Shown: piece after piece, positions 19,110 to 27,742 of the stretch
How the letters are laid out: the number at the start of each line of letters is the position of its first letter
How positions within the stretch are numbered: position 1 is the stretch's first letter
Source of the DNA: Minisyncoccia bacterium
Lineage (GTDB): Bacteria; Patescibacteriota; Minisyncoccia; Phycocordibacterales; UBA9973
NCBI GenBank assembly: GCA_049303835.1
Contig: JBAQNN010000003.1
Coordinates: forward strand, 114,820 to 178,819
DNA: 64,000 nucleotides
Reading direction: 5' to 3'
Position numbers and translations under genes: made by a program
The notes under the pieces: generated by a model
Seen by the model: the letters and a program-made list of their open reading frames with translations, nothing else
What the model was told of the DNA's origin: nothing
The model's database searches: none

Positions 19110-20825
19110 CTATCGGTCCGGTGGAACATTATAATAATTTAATAAAAATTTTGTGATATCTATAAAAGGATCCGACCAAGTGGTGGCTGCGTATGAAACC
19201 CCTTTTGGATTTATCGCATAGAGAAGAACTATAAACTGCGGATCATACGCCGGGAAATAGCCAAAAAATGAATGCGTATGCCTATCAGTATAATATCCTC
19301 CAGTAGTGTTGTCCGCAACTTGCGCCGTACCAGTCTTTACTGCCACGCTAAAATGTTCAAATTTCGCGTTTCCTTCTTTTATTGCTTTATCCATCACCGT
19401 CACGAGCATTCTCGTGATGGTCTCTCCTGAACTTTTAGTAATTTTTCCTGGGGTGACAGGGTAAGTAATTTCTTTTGTGATGCCACTATTATATTTAATC
19501 TCTTTTACCACGTGTGGTACTACCAAATTTCCTCCATTTCCCAAAGACGCAAGCGCTCGCACTAATTCAATCGGGGTAAGTGCTATACCTTGACCGAAAG
19601 CGGCATTGGCATATTCAATTTCACGAGGGCTTTTTAATATACCCGAGACCAAACCACTCGTTTCGTTTGGTAAGTCAATTTTTGTTTTAGTATTTATGCC
19701 AAAAGAAAGCAAATAATCCCGCAGTCTTTCTTTCCCCAATTTTTGCTCTACGAAAACCATTCCAGTATTGAGAGACTGATTCAAAACTTCCTGCATGCTT
19801 GTATTCGGCCCTCTGCCTTTTTTGTCAAAATTAAATATTTCTTTTTTTTCAACCACTACTGATCCCTTGTCATTATATGTAGTCTCCGGTGTGACTACTC
19901 CTGCATCAATGGCTGATGCCATCACCAATGGTTTTACCACAGATCCGAACTCTAAGACATTCTCCACTAATGGATTTGAAAAAATTGAAACATTCTTGGC
20001 TTGAAAAAAATTATTTGGATCAAAATCCGGCTTGACGGTAAGCGCATATATGGATCCATCTCGTGGATTCATAACTATTCCGCCGATAGAATCAACCTGA
20101 TACTTGTCTCTCACCTCCATTAGTTTTTTTTCCAAAAAACCTTGAACTTGAGGCTCAATCGTAGTCACTATGTCTCCATCAAGCATTTCGTCCTCAAACA
20201 AAGTTTTTCTTAAATTAGAAAAAACTTCGGCAAAAAAATTGACGTACGGATTGTTTGTATCACGAGAAAGTAGATCATCATATTGTCTTTCCAAGCCATA
20301 ACGTCCACTCAGCTCGTCACCTTTATAGCCCACAAAACCGAGAGTGTGTGCCGCCAGATTTCCACCAGGATAGAATCGCCATTTCTCTTTAAAAATATTT
20401 ACTCCGGGTAATTTCAAGCCGGAGATCGCATCCGCTTGCTCTTTGGATAGATGATGTAGCATTTCTTCGTAGGGGTCATTTTTCTTTTCCGCCTTGGAGA
20501 AAAAATCACCACGAGCAATACTTACCACTTTGGATAATTTTTCATAAGTATCTTCGGGATCGGTAATTTTACTGGCATTGATAGCCATCTTAAAACCAGA
20601 AACTTGGGTAGCGGCGGAAACTAGCTGTCCATCTTTGCGTTCAAAATAAATATTGCCTCGTTCAAATATATCAGAAGATGAGGTAGCATACTGTCTATCG
20701 GCAGCCTCCGAATATGTCTTACCATGCACAATTTGGACAAAAAAGAGTTTTGCCAAAAGAATACCGGCAAAAAGAATTACAAAAAAAAGAATGACCCTAG
20801 ATCTTGTCAGAAAACTATATTTCAT
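19110..20825 (-). CDS. ftsI: penicillin-binding protein 2 / FtsI transpeptidase
   Basis: N-terminal TM, PBP dimerisation domain, SxxK active site (SVVKP), SxN and KTG (KTGTA) motifs. Confidence 0.8.
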   Translation of the reverse strand: MKYSFLTRSRVILFFVILFAGILLAKLFFVQIVHGKTYSEAADRQYATSSSDIFERGNIYFERKDGQLVSAATQVSGFKMAINASKITDPEDTYEKLSKVVSIARGDFFSKAEKKNDPYEEMLHHLSKEQADAISGLKLPGVNIFKEKWRFYPGGNLAAHTLGFVGYKGDELSGRYGLERQYDDLLSRDTNNPYVNFFAEVFSNLRKTLFEDEMLDGDIVTTIEPQVQGFLEKKLMEVRDKYQVDSIGGIVMNPRDGSIYALTVKPDFDPNNFFQAKNVSIFSNPLVENVLEFGSVVKPLVMASAIDAGVVTPETTYNDKGSVVVEKKEIFNFDKKGRGPNTSMQEVLNQSLNTGMVFVEQKLGKERLRDYLLSFGINTKTKIDLPNETSGLVSGILKSPREIEYANAAFGQGIALTPIELVRALASLGNGGNLVVPHVVKEIKYNSGITKEITYPVTPGKITKSSGETITRMLVTVMDKAIKEGNAKFEHFSVAVKTGTAQVADNTTGGYYTDRHTHSFFGYFPAYDPQFIVLLYAINPKGVSYAATTWSDPFIDITKFLLNYYNVPPDR

Positions 20826-21198
20826 TTTTATCTAGTTTTAGATTACCCAGATTCTTCCCTGTAGAACCGTAACCCAATGCTTTGCGAGTCGCAAAGGTCG
20901 CTTTGGTTTCTTTAAACCCCATAGAATGCGACAAGGCTAAATCAATACTATTTGAGACAGACAGATACGAAAGTTCCAAATTCCCTATTTCATTTGATAG
21001 AACTAGAGCCTCTTTTTCCAAGACTCTCCTTTCTACTATATTGAAAGTCATGTTACCTATAATCAAAACGTACCAAAATGCCAAAGCAGCCAAAATAGCG
21101 AACATAGTATTTAAAATAATTTTTCTTACTTCAACATTATTAGTCATAATGTTTACGTTTTCTATGCTCGTTTTTAATTTTAGGCTTGCTTGTCTCAT
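20815..21198 (-). CDS. ftsL: cell division protein FtsL-like (TM plus coiled coil)
   Basis: Small bitopic protein between rsmH and ftsI in the conserved dcw order. Confidence 0.5.
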   Translation of the reverse strand: MRQASLKLKTSIENVNIMTNNVEVRKIILNTMFAILAALAFWYVLIIGNMTFNIVERRVLEKEALVLSNEIGNLELSYLSVSNSIDLALSHSMGFKETKATFATRKALGYGSTGKNLGNLKLDKNEI

Positions 21199-21205
21199 GA
21201 TTTTT

Positions 21206-22093
21206 TTATTTTTTTTCTAAAATTCTTAATTTTGCACTTCTGGCTCTAGGGTTTTTATTTAATTCTTCCTTACTTTCCAAAATTGGCTTTTTGTTTATTA
21301 AAATCGCTTTCCCCTCTTTTTCTAACATTCTGTAAAATTTTTTCACTATCCTATCTTCCAAACTATGGAATGAAATTGTTGACATCCTTCCACCCGACTT
21401 CAATGCACCAAATCCTTTTTCTAATCCTGTTTGTAAATTCCGTAATTCATCGTTGACCGCTATACGCAATGCTTGAAATGTCCTAGTAGCAAAATGTATC
21501 CTCCCTCTCTTGTACACTGCCGGCACCGATTCGCTGATTACTTTCACTAAATTGAAGGTAGTTTTAATCCTCGCCTTCCCTCTCGCATCCACTATCCCTT
21601 TGGCTATTCTCCTACTAAATCTTTCTTCTCCGTATCCGTAGATGATGTCGGCTAAATTTTTTTCTTCCCAAGTGTTTACGACTTCTTCCGCAGTCAGGTC
21701 TTCTTCGCCAGGCACCGCCTTCATCGTCATCAACAATGGTTCATCTTTCAGAAAAGAAAATCCTCGCCCGGAATTTTCCAATTGGTCGGAGCTTAGCCCG
21801 AGATCAAAGATAATTCCATCCACTTTTTCATCTTTTAAAACTTCATCCAATTCTCTGAAGTTTTTATTATGAAAAGAAATTCTTTTCTCATTTCCCTGCC
21901 AAACACTTTTATCTTGATCAAGCGCTATCACTTTTGCTTTTGGAAATCTTTTTAAAACTTCCAAGCTGTGTCCCCCTCCACCGAAAGTACAATCCACTAC
22001 TACCGACTTTTCGGATAAATTCAAACCATCTATTGTTTCTTTTAAAAGAACTGTCTTGTGCACACTACTCATCTTATTTCCCTTCGTTTCCAA
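21206..22093 (-). CDS. rsmH: 16S rRNA (cytosine1402-N4)-methyltransferase RsmH/MraW
   Basis: HKTVLLKE...VVDCTFGGGGHS SAM-binding motif; 295 aa. Confidence 0.9.
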   Translation of the reverse strand: METKGNKMSSVHKTVLLKETIDGLNLSEKSVVVDCTFGGGGHSLEVLKRFPKAKVIALDQDKSVWQGNEKRISFHNKNFRELDEVLKDEKVDGIIFDLGLSSDQLENSGRGFSFLKDEPLLMTMKAVPGEEDLTAEEVVNTWEEKNLADIIYGYGEERFSRRIAKGIVDARGKARIKTTFNLVKVISESVPAVYKRGRIHFATRTFQALRIAVNDELRNLQTGLEKGFGALKSGGRMSTISFHSLEDRIVKKFYRMLEKEGKAILINKKPILESKEELNKNPRARSAKLRILEKK

Positions 22094-22517
22094 GCTTTTC
22101 CGCCAATTGGTCCGCTTGCTTTTCCACGACTTCTTTGTACTGCGACCATGTCTTTTCGTTCCAAATCTCCACCCTATCTTCCACTCCGATAACTGCCGCC
22201 TTATCTTTGAGTCCGATTCTATCTTTCAGAAAATCCGGAATTAATATTCGGCCGATAGAATCCACTTCTACATCTACCGCGCGACCAAACATAAATCTGT
22301 TGAAACTTCTTTTATCCGCTTTCAGAAAAGATAAATCTGAATCAGAATCCGAAAGTCTCTTGCTCACCTTCGCCCATTCTTTGATCGTAAAAACAAACAA
22401 ACAAGAATCCAACCCAGGGGTGACGATAATTTTCTTGCCCATCTCTTTGCGAAATTTTACAGGCAAAGACATCCTGTTTTTTTCATCTATGGTGTGTATG
22501 TATTCGCCGATGAGCAT
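22074..22517 (-). CDS. mraZ: transcriptional regulator MraZ
   Basis: MLIGEY...DEKNRMSLP tandem MraZ motifs; start at the internal Met (longer ORF to 22625). Confidence 0.8.
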   Translation of the reverse strand: MLIGEYIHTIDEKNRMSLPVKFRKEMGKKIIVTPGLDSCLFVFTIKEWAKVSKRLSDSDSDLSFLKADKRSFNRFMFGRAVDVEVDSIGRILIPDFLKDRIGLKDKAAVIGVEDRVEIWNEKTWSQYKEVVEKQADQLAEKLGNEGK

Positions 22518-22638
22518 ATTTTTATAAAAATTATTTATCAACCCGTTTCCCACTTTTTCCCACTTGATTAACATTATAAACCACATATAAAACAACACCA
22601 AGCCCTCCCCTGTGGATAACTCCACAAAATACGTTTTC

Positions 22639-22667
22639 TTGACTATTTGCGCTAAAAATTGTAAAAA
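22639..22667 (+). promoter_or_regulatory. sigma70-like promoter: TTGACT, 17 nt, TAAAAA; upstream of cassette F
   Basis: Hexamers read in the sequence; about 28 nt upstream of the AGAGGAGG SD and ATG at 22696. Confidence 0.4.
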
Positions 22668-22695
22668 ATAAATAGAGGAGGTTTTGAAAATTTAA

Positions 22696-22959
22696 ATGAG
22701 GATAACGATTAAAGAAGCATCCCCTGAGCAGGTAGAGGTATTTGCTCAGAGTCTCGCAAACACCCTCCACCGCCCCGTCTTTCGGTGGAACAAAGACCAG
22801 GAGGAGGCTGATGGTGCCGTGCTTGAATTCCGGGTCGCCTCCACGGGTGAAGCAGAAGATGTCCAGAAGAACATCATGGACCTCGCCTGCTCTCTTCGGG
22901 TCAACGTGATGTTCTGGACCTACCGAACATCCAAAAACAGGAGAACATTGCTCTGGTGA
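22696..22959 (+). CDS. GC-rich cassette F gene 1: 87-aa hypothetical protein
   Basis: AGAGGAGG SD; GC-rich; TGA stop (host genes in the window end in TAA or TAG). Confidence 0.6.
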   Translation: MRITIKEASPEQVEVFAQSLANTLHRPVFRWNKDQEEADGAVLEFRVASTGEAEDVQKNIMDLACSLRVNVMFWTYRTSKNRRTLLW

Positions 22960-22980
22960 CAACGACAAAGGAGGTCTACA

Positions 22981-23109
22981 GTGTTTGACTTGGCAGTAGG
23001 CATCTTCTTCGGTCTCGTGGTGTTGTTCATCATTGGCTTCATCATCCTCTGCTCCGGCGTGAGAATGATCAAAGGAAACAAGATGACTGGAGAGGAGGAG
23101 GCCCAATGA
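22981..23109 (+). CDS. GC-rich cassette F gene 2: 42-aa hydrophobic single-TM peptide, GTG start
   Basis: AAAGGAGG SD 6 nt before GTG; product VFDLAVGIFFGLVVLFIIGFIILCSGVRMIKGNKMTGEEEAQ; its stop overlaps the next start (ATGA); not in the ORF track (<60 aa, non-ATG). Confidence 0.5.
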   Translation: MFDLAVGIFFGLVVLFIIGFIILCSGVRMIKGNKMTGEEEAQ

Positions 23110-23348
23110 AAATCGTGGTTCTAAGCGCCCCAGGAGGGCCGGGCATGGAAGCGGAGAGGATTTCATTTCTACTCCGCAAGAAAGTGAAACGGGTCAAACC
23201 CAAACCCCGCCGCCGCCACTCCATAACCCTAGAGGTTCCTGGTCTAACTTGCCAGGACCTCAGAAACATCAGGAAAGGAGGGTACAGGGTCTTGATTCCC
23301 CTCTTCAACCATCCGAAGTCAACCTGGGGTTCCCCCAGGCTTTACTAG
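23106..23348 (+). CDS. GC-rich cassette F gene 3: 80-aa basic hypothetical protein
   Basis: Translationally coupled to the upstream peptide; Lys/Arg-rich KKVKRVKPKPRRRH segment; terminator follows. Confidence 0.55.
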   Translation: MKIVVLSAPGGPGMEAERISFLLRKKVKRVKPKPRRRHSITLEVPGLTCQDLRNIRKGGYRVLIPLFNHPKSTWGSPRLY

Positions 23349-23360
23349 CCACCCTCCATG

Positions 23361-23400
23361 CCCCCGCTTCGGCACGCGCCGAAGCGGGGGTGCCAAGAGT
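23361..23400 (+). terminator. GC hairpin (cccccgcttcggc acgc gccgaagcggggg) terminating cassette F
   Basis: 13-bp near-perfect stem; weak T-tract. Confidence 0.55.
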
Positions 23401-23445
23401 ATTGTTCTTTAAAAACCATCAACTAATCGGCAATAAAATGCCACA

Positions 23446-23487
23446 AACAAAAACGCTCCGACCAAAATCGGAGCCGTTCTCGTTTTT
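23446..23487. terminator. bidirectional hairpin (gctccga ccaaaa tcggagc) flanked by A- and T-runs; lysS terminator
   Basis: 7-bp stem; the A-run on the plus side reads as a T-run on the minus strand downstream of lysS. Confidence 0.6.
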
Positions 23488-23493
23488 AGCAAA

Positions 23494-24948
23494 TTATTTT
23501 GGTCGCATTAATGGGAAGAGCTGTGTCTCACGAAGAGGTTTGTCCACCAAGAAAGCAAAGAATCTTTCGCCAAAACCGAAACCAAAAGCTGGAGGCATGC
23601 CGTGTTCAAGCATCTCCACAAATTCATCATCCGGCATCATCGCTTCTTCATCCCCTCCCTCTATTAATTTCTTTTGAATTTCAAATCGTTCGCCTTGGTC
23701 TATCGGATCATTCAATTCAGAAAAACCATTTGTCATTTCCGCCCCAGCCAAGATGAGCTGTACACGTTCGGTCAAAAGCGGATTTTCCGGTTTAGCTTTG
23801 GAAAGCGGAGACACGAGCTTCGGCACATCTACGAGCCAAGCCGGTCCGACAATTTGTTTACGACAATACTTCCAGAGAGAATCCATCAGACGTTCTATAT
23901 TTGTCCCTTCATATTTCACTCCGAGCTCATCCAATTTTTTCATCATTTCTTTTTCGTCCGTAGATAACACATCTACGCCAGTCATCTTTTTAATCGTCTC
24001 CACATAAGTGATAACTTCCCACTTGGGAGACAAATCAATCTTATGTCCGTGAGTTTCAAATTGAAGAGTCCCCAACGTCTCTTGCGCAATCTCTTTTAGC
24101 ATTCTTTCGGTAAATTCTATCCCCTGTTTATAATCCATATAACCGGCATAAAATTCCAAATTGGTAAATTCCTGTGTATGCTCCGGACTGGATCCTTCAT
24201 TTCTATATACTCTTCCTATCTCAAAAACACGAGGGAAACCAGCGGCGAGCAACCTCTTCTGCCATAGTTCTCCAACAGAAATACGCATATATACATCTAT
24301 ATCAAAATCATTGTGATGAGTCTTAAAGGGTCGTGCTTCCGCTCCACCCGTCGTCACTTCTATGGTTGGAGTCTCCACTTCCAAAAAATTTTCTTTCTTC
24401 AAAAAACTACGGGCTGCATTCCAAAACCTTGCCTTCTTTTCAAAAATTTCTTTAACCTCCGGGTTCATCAGGATATCCAAATATCTTTTTCGGAATCTCT
24501 CTTCTGTGTCTGTCAGTCCATGCCATTTTTCAGGCAGGGGCCGCAAGCTCTTGGAGAGCATGCGCCAATATTTCACTTCCAAAGTTTTCTCTCCTCTGTT
24601 CGTCTTGAAAAAAGTCCCTTGTATTTCTACAAAGTCCCCAATATCAACCACTTCATTCCAAAAATTAAATTTTTCATCACCGATGATATCTTTTTTGAGC
24701 AATCCCTGAAAACTTCCGGTGCCATCATATAAAGTGATGAAGATAATAGCACCCTGCCCACGGATAGACATCACTCTACCTCCAATCCATTTTATATCTT
24801 TATTTTTCTCTAAATCTTCAAAATTATTTCCTGCGTCTTTGAGGATTAGCTCCCTTTTAGATTCTGCCGGGTACGGATTGACACCCTTATCCCGCAAGAG
24901 TTTAAGTTTGTTTATTCTGGCGTCCCTAATTTCATCAATTGAAGACAT
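23494..24948 (-). CDS. lysS: lysine--tRNA ligase, class II
   Basis: N-terminal OB anticodon-binding domain; class II motifs (FEIGRVYRNEG..., motif 3 region); 484 aa. Confidence 0.9.
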   Translation of the reverse strand: MSSIDEIRDARINKLKLLRDKGVNPYPAESKRELILKDAGNNFEDLEKNKDIKWIGGRVMSIRGQGAIIFITLYDGTGSFQGLLKKDIIGDEKFNFWNEVVDIGDFVEIQGTFFKTNRGEKTLEVKYWRMLSKSLRPLPEKWHGLTDTEERFRKRYLDILMNPEVKEIFEKKARFWNAARSFLKKENFLEVETPTIEVTTGGAEARPFKTHHNDFDIDVYMRISVGELWQKRLLAAGFPRVFEIGRVYRNEGSSPEHTQEFTNLEFYAGYMDYKQGIEFTERMLKEIAQETLGTLQFETHGHKIDLSPKWEVITYVETIKKMTGVDVLSTDEKEMMKKLDELGVKYEGTNIERLMDSLWKYCRKQIVGPAWLVDVPKLVSPLSKAKPENPLLTERVQLILAGAEMTNGFSELNDPIDQGERFEIQKKLIEGGDEEAMMPDDEFVEMLEHGMPPAFGFGFGERFFAFLVDKPLRETQLFPLMRPK

Positions 24949-24974
24949 TTTAATTTGTTCGCCTGAGGCGAGAG

Positions 24975-25463
24975 CTACGACACATCTAGTATTTTATAAT
25001 CAACCAAACCATTTGGAGTCTTGAAAGAAACTTTTTCACCTTTCTTTTTGCCAAAAAGTGCCTTCCCAAAAGGAGACTGGTTAGAAATTTTTCCATTTAC
25101 CATATCCGCCTCCTCAGATCCTACTATAACATATTTTTTCTCTTCCGCCTTCTCGGCGGACAGGCCCTTGGTATCTATTTTCTGTACTACTACCTTGGAG
25201 CCAACTTCTATGATATCTCCTCCTCCACCTTTTACAGTTTGAGATGATTCAAGAATCCTTTCAATTTTGGCGATACGTTCTTCTAGCTTACCTTGATCTT
25301 CGCGAACTTGATGGTATTCCGCATTCTCGGATAAATCACCCAAGGATTTTGCGTATTCTAGATTTTCCAATATTTCTTTTCTTTTGGGACCTTTTAAGTC
25401 TTTTAACTCAGCCAAAAGTGCTTGCCTTTTTTCTTCAGTTATATAATTCCCCTCCTGTTGCAT
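24975..25463 (-). CDS. greA: transcription elongation factor GreA
   Basis: N-terminal coiled coil with LGDLSENAEY motif; C-terminal FKBP-like domain; 162 aa. Confidence 0.85.
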   Translation of the reverse strand: MQQEGNYITEEKRQALLAELKDLKGPKRKEILENLEYAKSLGDLSENAEYHQVREDQGKLEERIAKIERILESSQTVKGGGGDIIEVGSKVVVQKIDTKGLSAEKAEEKKYVIVGSEEADMVNGKISNQSPFGKALFGKKKGEKVSFKTPNGLVDYKILDVS

Positions 25464-25510
25464 AGATAATTATATTATATTTTTTTGGTAAAAAGTCAAT
25501 AAAAATTGAA

Positions 25511-25556
25511 CAAAAAAGAGGCCACGCGCTTGTGCGCGTGGCCGAAACGAAAACTG
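25511..25556. terminator. palindromic GC hairpin (ggccacgcgc ttgt gcgcgtggcc) flanked by an A-run and gaaacgaaaa
   Basis: 10-bp perfect stem; serves minus-strand cassette G (T-run on the minus strand). Confidence 0.65.
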
Positions 25557-25575
25557 ATTGGACGGGACAGAGAAC

Positions 25576-25758
25576 CTAAGGAGAGGCCGTCACGGGATAG
25601 TCCTCCGAGCCTTTGGTCTTCTCGGGCTCGGGCTTCTTGATGGTCGGCTCCACCATCGGAGCCTTGTCCGCTCCCTCGGGGATGGAATCCCCGAGGGAAA
25701 CCGACCCTGCTGGAGTCGTAAGCAGGAAGTTGGGAATGTAGTTTTCTCCCTTCACCAT
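25576..25758 (-). CDS. GC-rich cassette G: 60-aa Pro/Glu/Lys-rich hypothetical protein
   Basis: AAAGGAGGA SD before the internal ATG; the ORF-track N-terminal extension (to 25818) is AT-rich and contains this SD and the promoter, so it was rejected. Confidence 0.5.
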   Translation of the reverse strand: MVKGENYIPNFLLTTPAGSVSLGDSIPEGADKAPMVEPTIKKPEPEKTKGSEDYPVTASP

Positions 25759-25799
25759 TTGAGATCCTCCTTTTAAGAACTTTTGATATTTATTACACT

Positions 25800-25828
25800 T
25801 AAAACAACGTTTTGTCAATCAGCCATAT
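25800..25828 (-). promoter_or_regulatory. sigma70-like promoter on the minus strand: TTGACA, 17 nt, TAATAA (shares the TTGACAAAAC start with the cassette B promoter)
   Basis: Reverse-complement hexamers at 25823-25828 and 25800-25805. Confidence 0.45.
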
Positions 25829-25875
25829 ACGCAATATTTGCAAAAATATTATTTTATGATAACATACATGACTAT

Positions 25876-26109
25876 ATGGCTAAAACAGTAATTGAGGTGA
25901 AGAAAAATCCAAACGAAAACAACGCAAGTGTCTTGCGCCGTTTTTCACGCAGAATTCAAGAATCTGGCATTGTCCGCAAAGTCAAAGGGGCTCGCTATAA
26001 TGTCAGAAAGGAATCAAAACTCAAAATAAAAAATAGTGCGCTCAAAAGAATGGGCCGAAGAAAAGAGATAGAGAAACTAAAAAAGTTGGGTAAAATGGTA
26101 ACCAAGTAA
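25876..26109 (+). CDS. rpsU: 30S ribosomal protein S21
   Basis: MAKTVIEVKKNPNE...LRRFSRRIQESG...KRMGRRKE; start at the internal Met of the ORF-track ORF. Confidence 0.8.
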   Translation: MAKTVIEVKKNPNENNASVLRRFSRRIQESGIVRKVKGARYNVRKESKLKIKNSALKRMGRRKEIEKLKKLGKMVTK

Positions 26110-26113
26110 AACA

Positions 26114-26578
26114 ATGCAAGGTGAATTTTCTCTAATAAATAAAACTCGGGGTAAACTCCCCTCTTTGCCGTTTCTAAAAATTAAAAATGATATTTTGGGA
26201 GAAAAATACTCTCTCTCCCTCGCTTTTGTCAGTAAAAAAGAATCCCAAAAAATAAATAAAAAATACAGAAACAAAAACAAGCCTACCAATATTTTATCTT
26301 TCCTTCTCCATAAAAATGAGGGAGAAATAATTATCTGCCCGGCGGTGGTGAGACGTGAAGCTAAAAGTTTTGAAAAAACTTTTAGCCAATTCTTGGGCTT
26401 TTTAGTTATCCACGGGATGTTACATTTGGAAGGAATGGAACATAGTAGTAGAATGGATACAAAGCAAGATTTTTATTTTACAAAATATGATCAGAAATAT
26501 TTCAGTGGGCATAGACGTAGGGTCGTCCATGACACGGGTCGTGGTCGGAGAATTCTTCAAAGGAGAAAAAAATCCTAA
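26114..26578 (+). CDS. ybeY: rRNA maturation endoribonuclease YbeY
   Basis: HGMLHLEGMEH zinc-binding motif; the C-terminal roughly 30 codons overlap the ftsA start. Confidence 0.75.
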   Translation: MQGEFSLINKTRGKLPSLPFLKIKNDILGEKYSLSLAFVSKKESQKINKKYRNKNKPTNILSFLLHKNEGEIIICPAVVRREAKSFEKTFSQFLGFLVIHGMLHLEGMEHSSRMDTKQDFYFTKYDQKYFSGHRRRVVHDTGRGRRILQRRKKS

Positions 26579-27653
26579 AATTATTGGCGTGGGAGAAAGT
26601 CCCACTTCGGGCTTACGTCATGGTTACGTCGTAAATTCTTCTTTAGTTGCAAATTCTATCAAGAGCGCCGTGGAGGGAGCAGAAAAAACTTCCGGCTTAA
26701 AAATAAAACGTGCTTTTATCTCACTCTCCGGAGCAACCCTGCGCGGAGAAATAAGCTCTGGTGGAACTATCGTTTCTAAGGCCGACGGTGAGGTGACGGC
26801 ACTTGATATAAATAAAGCTCTGTCAGACTGTGAAGACAATCTGAGTCTTGGTAATAAAAAAATTATCCACTCCTTTCCTATTTCTTTTCGCCTTGACGGA
26901 AAAGAAGTTTTGGGCAGACTGGAGGGAATGAAAGGAACCAAACTAGAAGCCAAAGCTCTTTTTGTTACTTATTCTATCGTGCATTTGGAAGATTTACTCG
27001 GAGTTGTGGCTGAAGCCGGAGTAGAAACCTTGGATGTGGTAGCTTCTCCTGTGGCCATAAGCAACCTGGCTTTATCTGAAAAACAAAAAATAGTCGGGGT
27101 GGCTCTCGTGGACATAGGAGACCAGACGACCTCTTTGTCCGTTTTTGAAAATGGTTTATTGATGTCTGTCCATACTTTCTCTATCGGCTCCGCAGAAATT
27201 ACCAATGACATTGCTTTAGGATTCAAAATCCCAATAGAAAAAGCAGAAGAACTAAAACTCGGAAATGGTGATGGAGGAGAATTTTCAAAAAAGAAATTAG
27301 AAGAAATAATTGAGGCTCGGCTCTGTGACATTTTTGAATCAATAGAAAATAATTTAAAAAAGCAAAAAAGATCGGAGCTGCTACCGGCTGGTATTGTATT
27401 TGTGGGTGGCGGGGCAAACACTTTTGGTCTTGTAGAATTATCCAAATCCATACTGAAGCTTCCTTCCAGTCTAGGATTGACAGACATCTTCGGCAACACT
27501 AAAACAAAGTTTCGCGATCCGGCCTGGTTCAACGTGTTGGGTCTTTTGACCTCCAGCAAAGAAACTTCCGGATATTCAGACAGTTCCTTTGGAAACTTAT
27601 TAAAAGACTTAAAAAATACGCTAAAATCAAGCCTAAAACAGCTACTTCCGTAA
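26487..27653 (+). CDS. ftsA: cell division protein FtsA
   Basis: Actin-fold VGIDVGSS phosphate-1 motif; sits immediately upstream of ftsZ. Confidence 0.8.
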   Translation: MIRNISVGIDVGSSMTRVVVGEFFKGEKNPKIIGVGESPTSGLRHGYVVNSSLVANSIKSAVEGAEKTSGLKIKRAFISLSGATLRGEISSGGTIVSKADGEVTALDINKALSDCEDNLSLGNKKIIHSFPISFRLDGKEVLGRLEGMKGTKLEAKALFVTYSIVHLEDLLGVVAEAGVETLDVVASPVAISNLALSEKQKIVGVALVDIGDQTTSLSVFENGLLMSVHTFSIGSAEITNDIALGFKIPIEKAEELKLGNGDGGEFSKKKLEEIIEARLCDIFESIENNLKKQKRSELLPAGIVFVGGGANTFGLVELSKSILKLPSSLGLTDIFGNTKTKFRDPAWFNVLGLLTSSKETSGYSDSSFGNLLKDLKNTLKSSLKQLLP

Positions 27654-27742
27654 AAACTTTACTTTTCCCCACTTTCTGATAATGTAGTATCTATATAAGA
27701 TAAATTTTCCCCGCCACATCGGGGTAAGCTAATAAAAAAACT

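Noticed and set aside
22531-23166. 211-aa minus-strand ORF spanning the mraZ end and cassette F
   Set aside because: It reads antisense through three SD-led plus-strand ORFs and into mraZ. It is likely a GC-rich open-frame artefact.
25759-25818. N-terminal extension (MTKRCFKCNKYQKFLKGGSQ) of the cassette G ORF
   Set aside because: The extension is AT-rich, host-like DNA that contains the promoter and the AAAGGAGGA SD serving the internal ATG.
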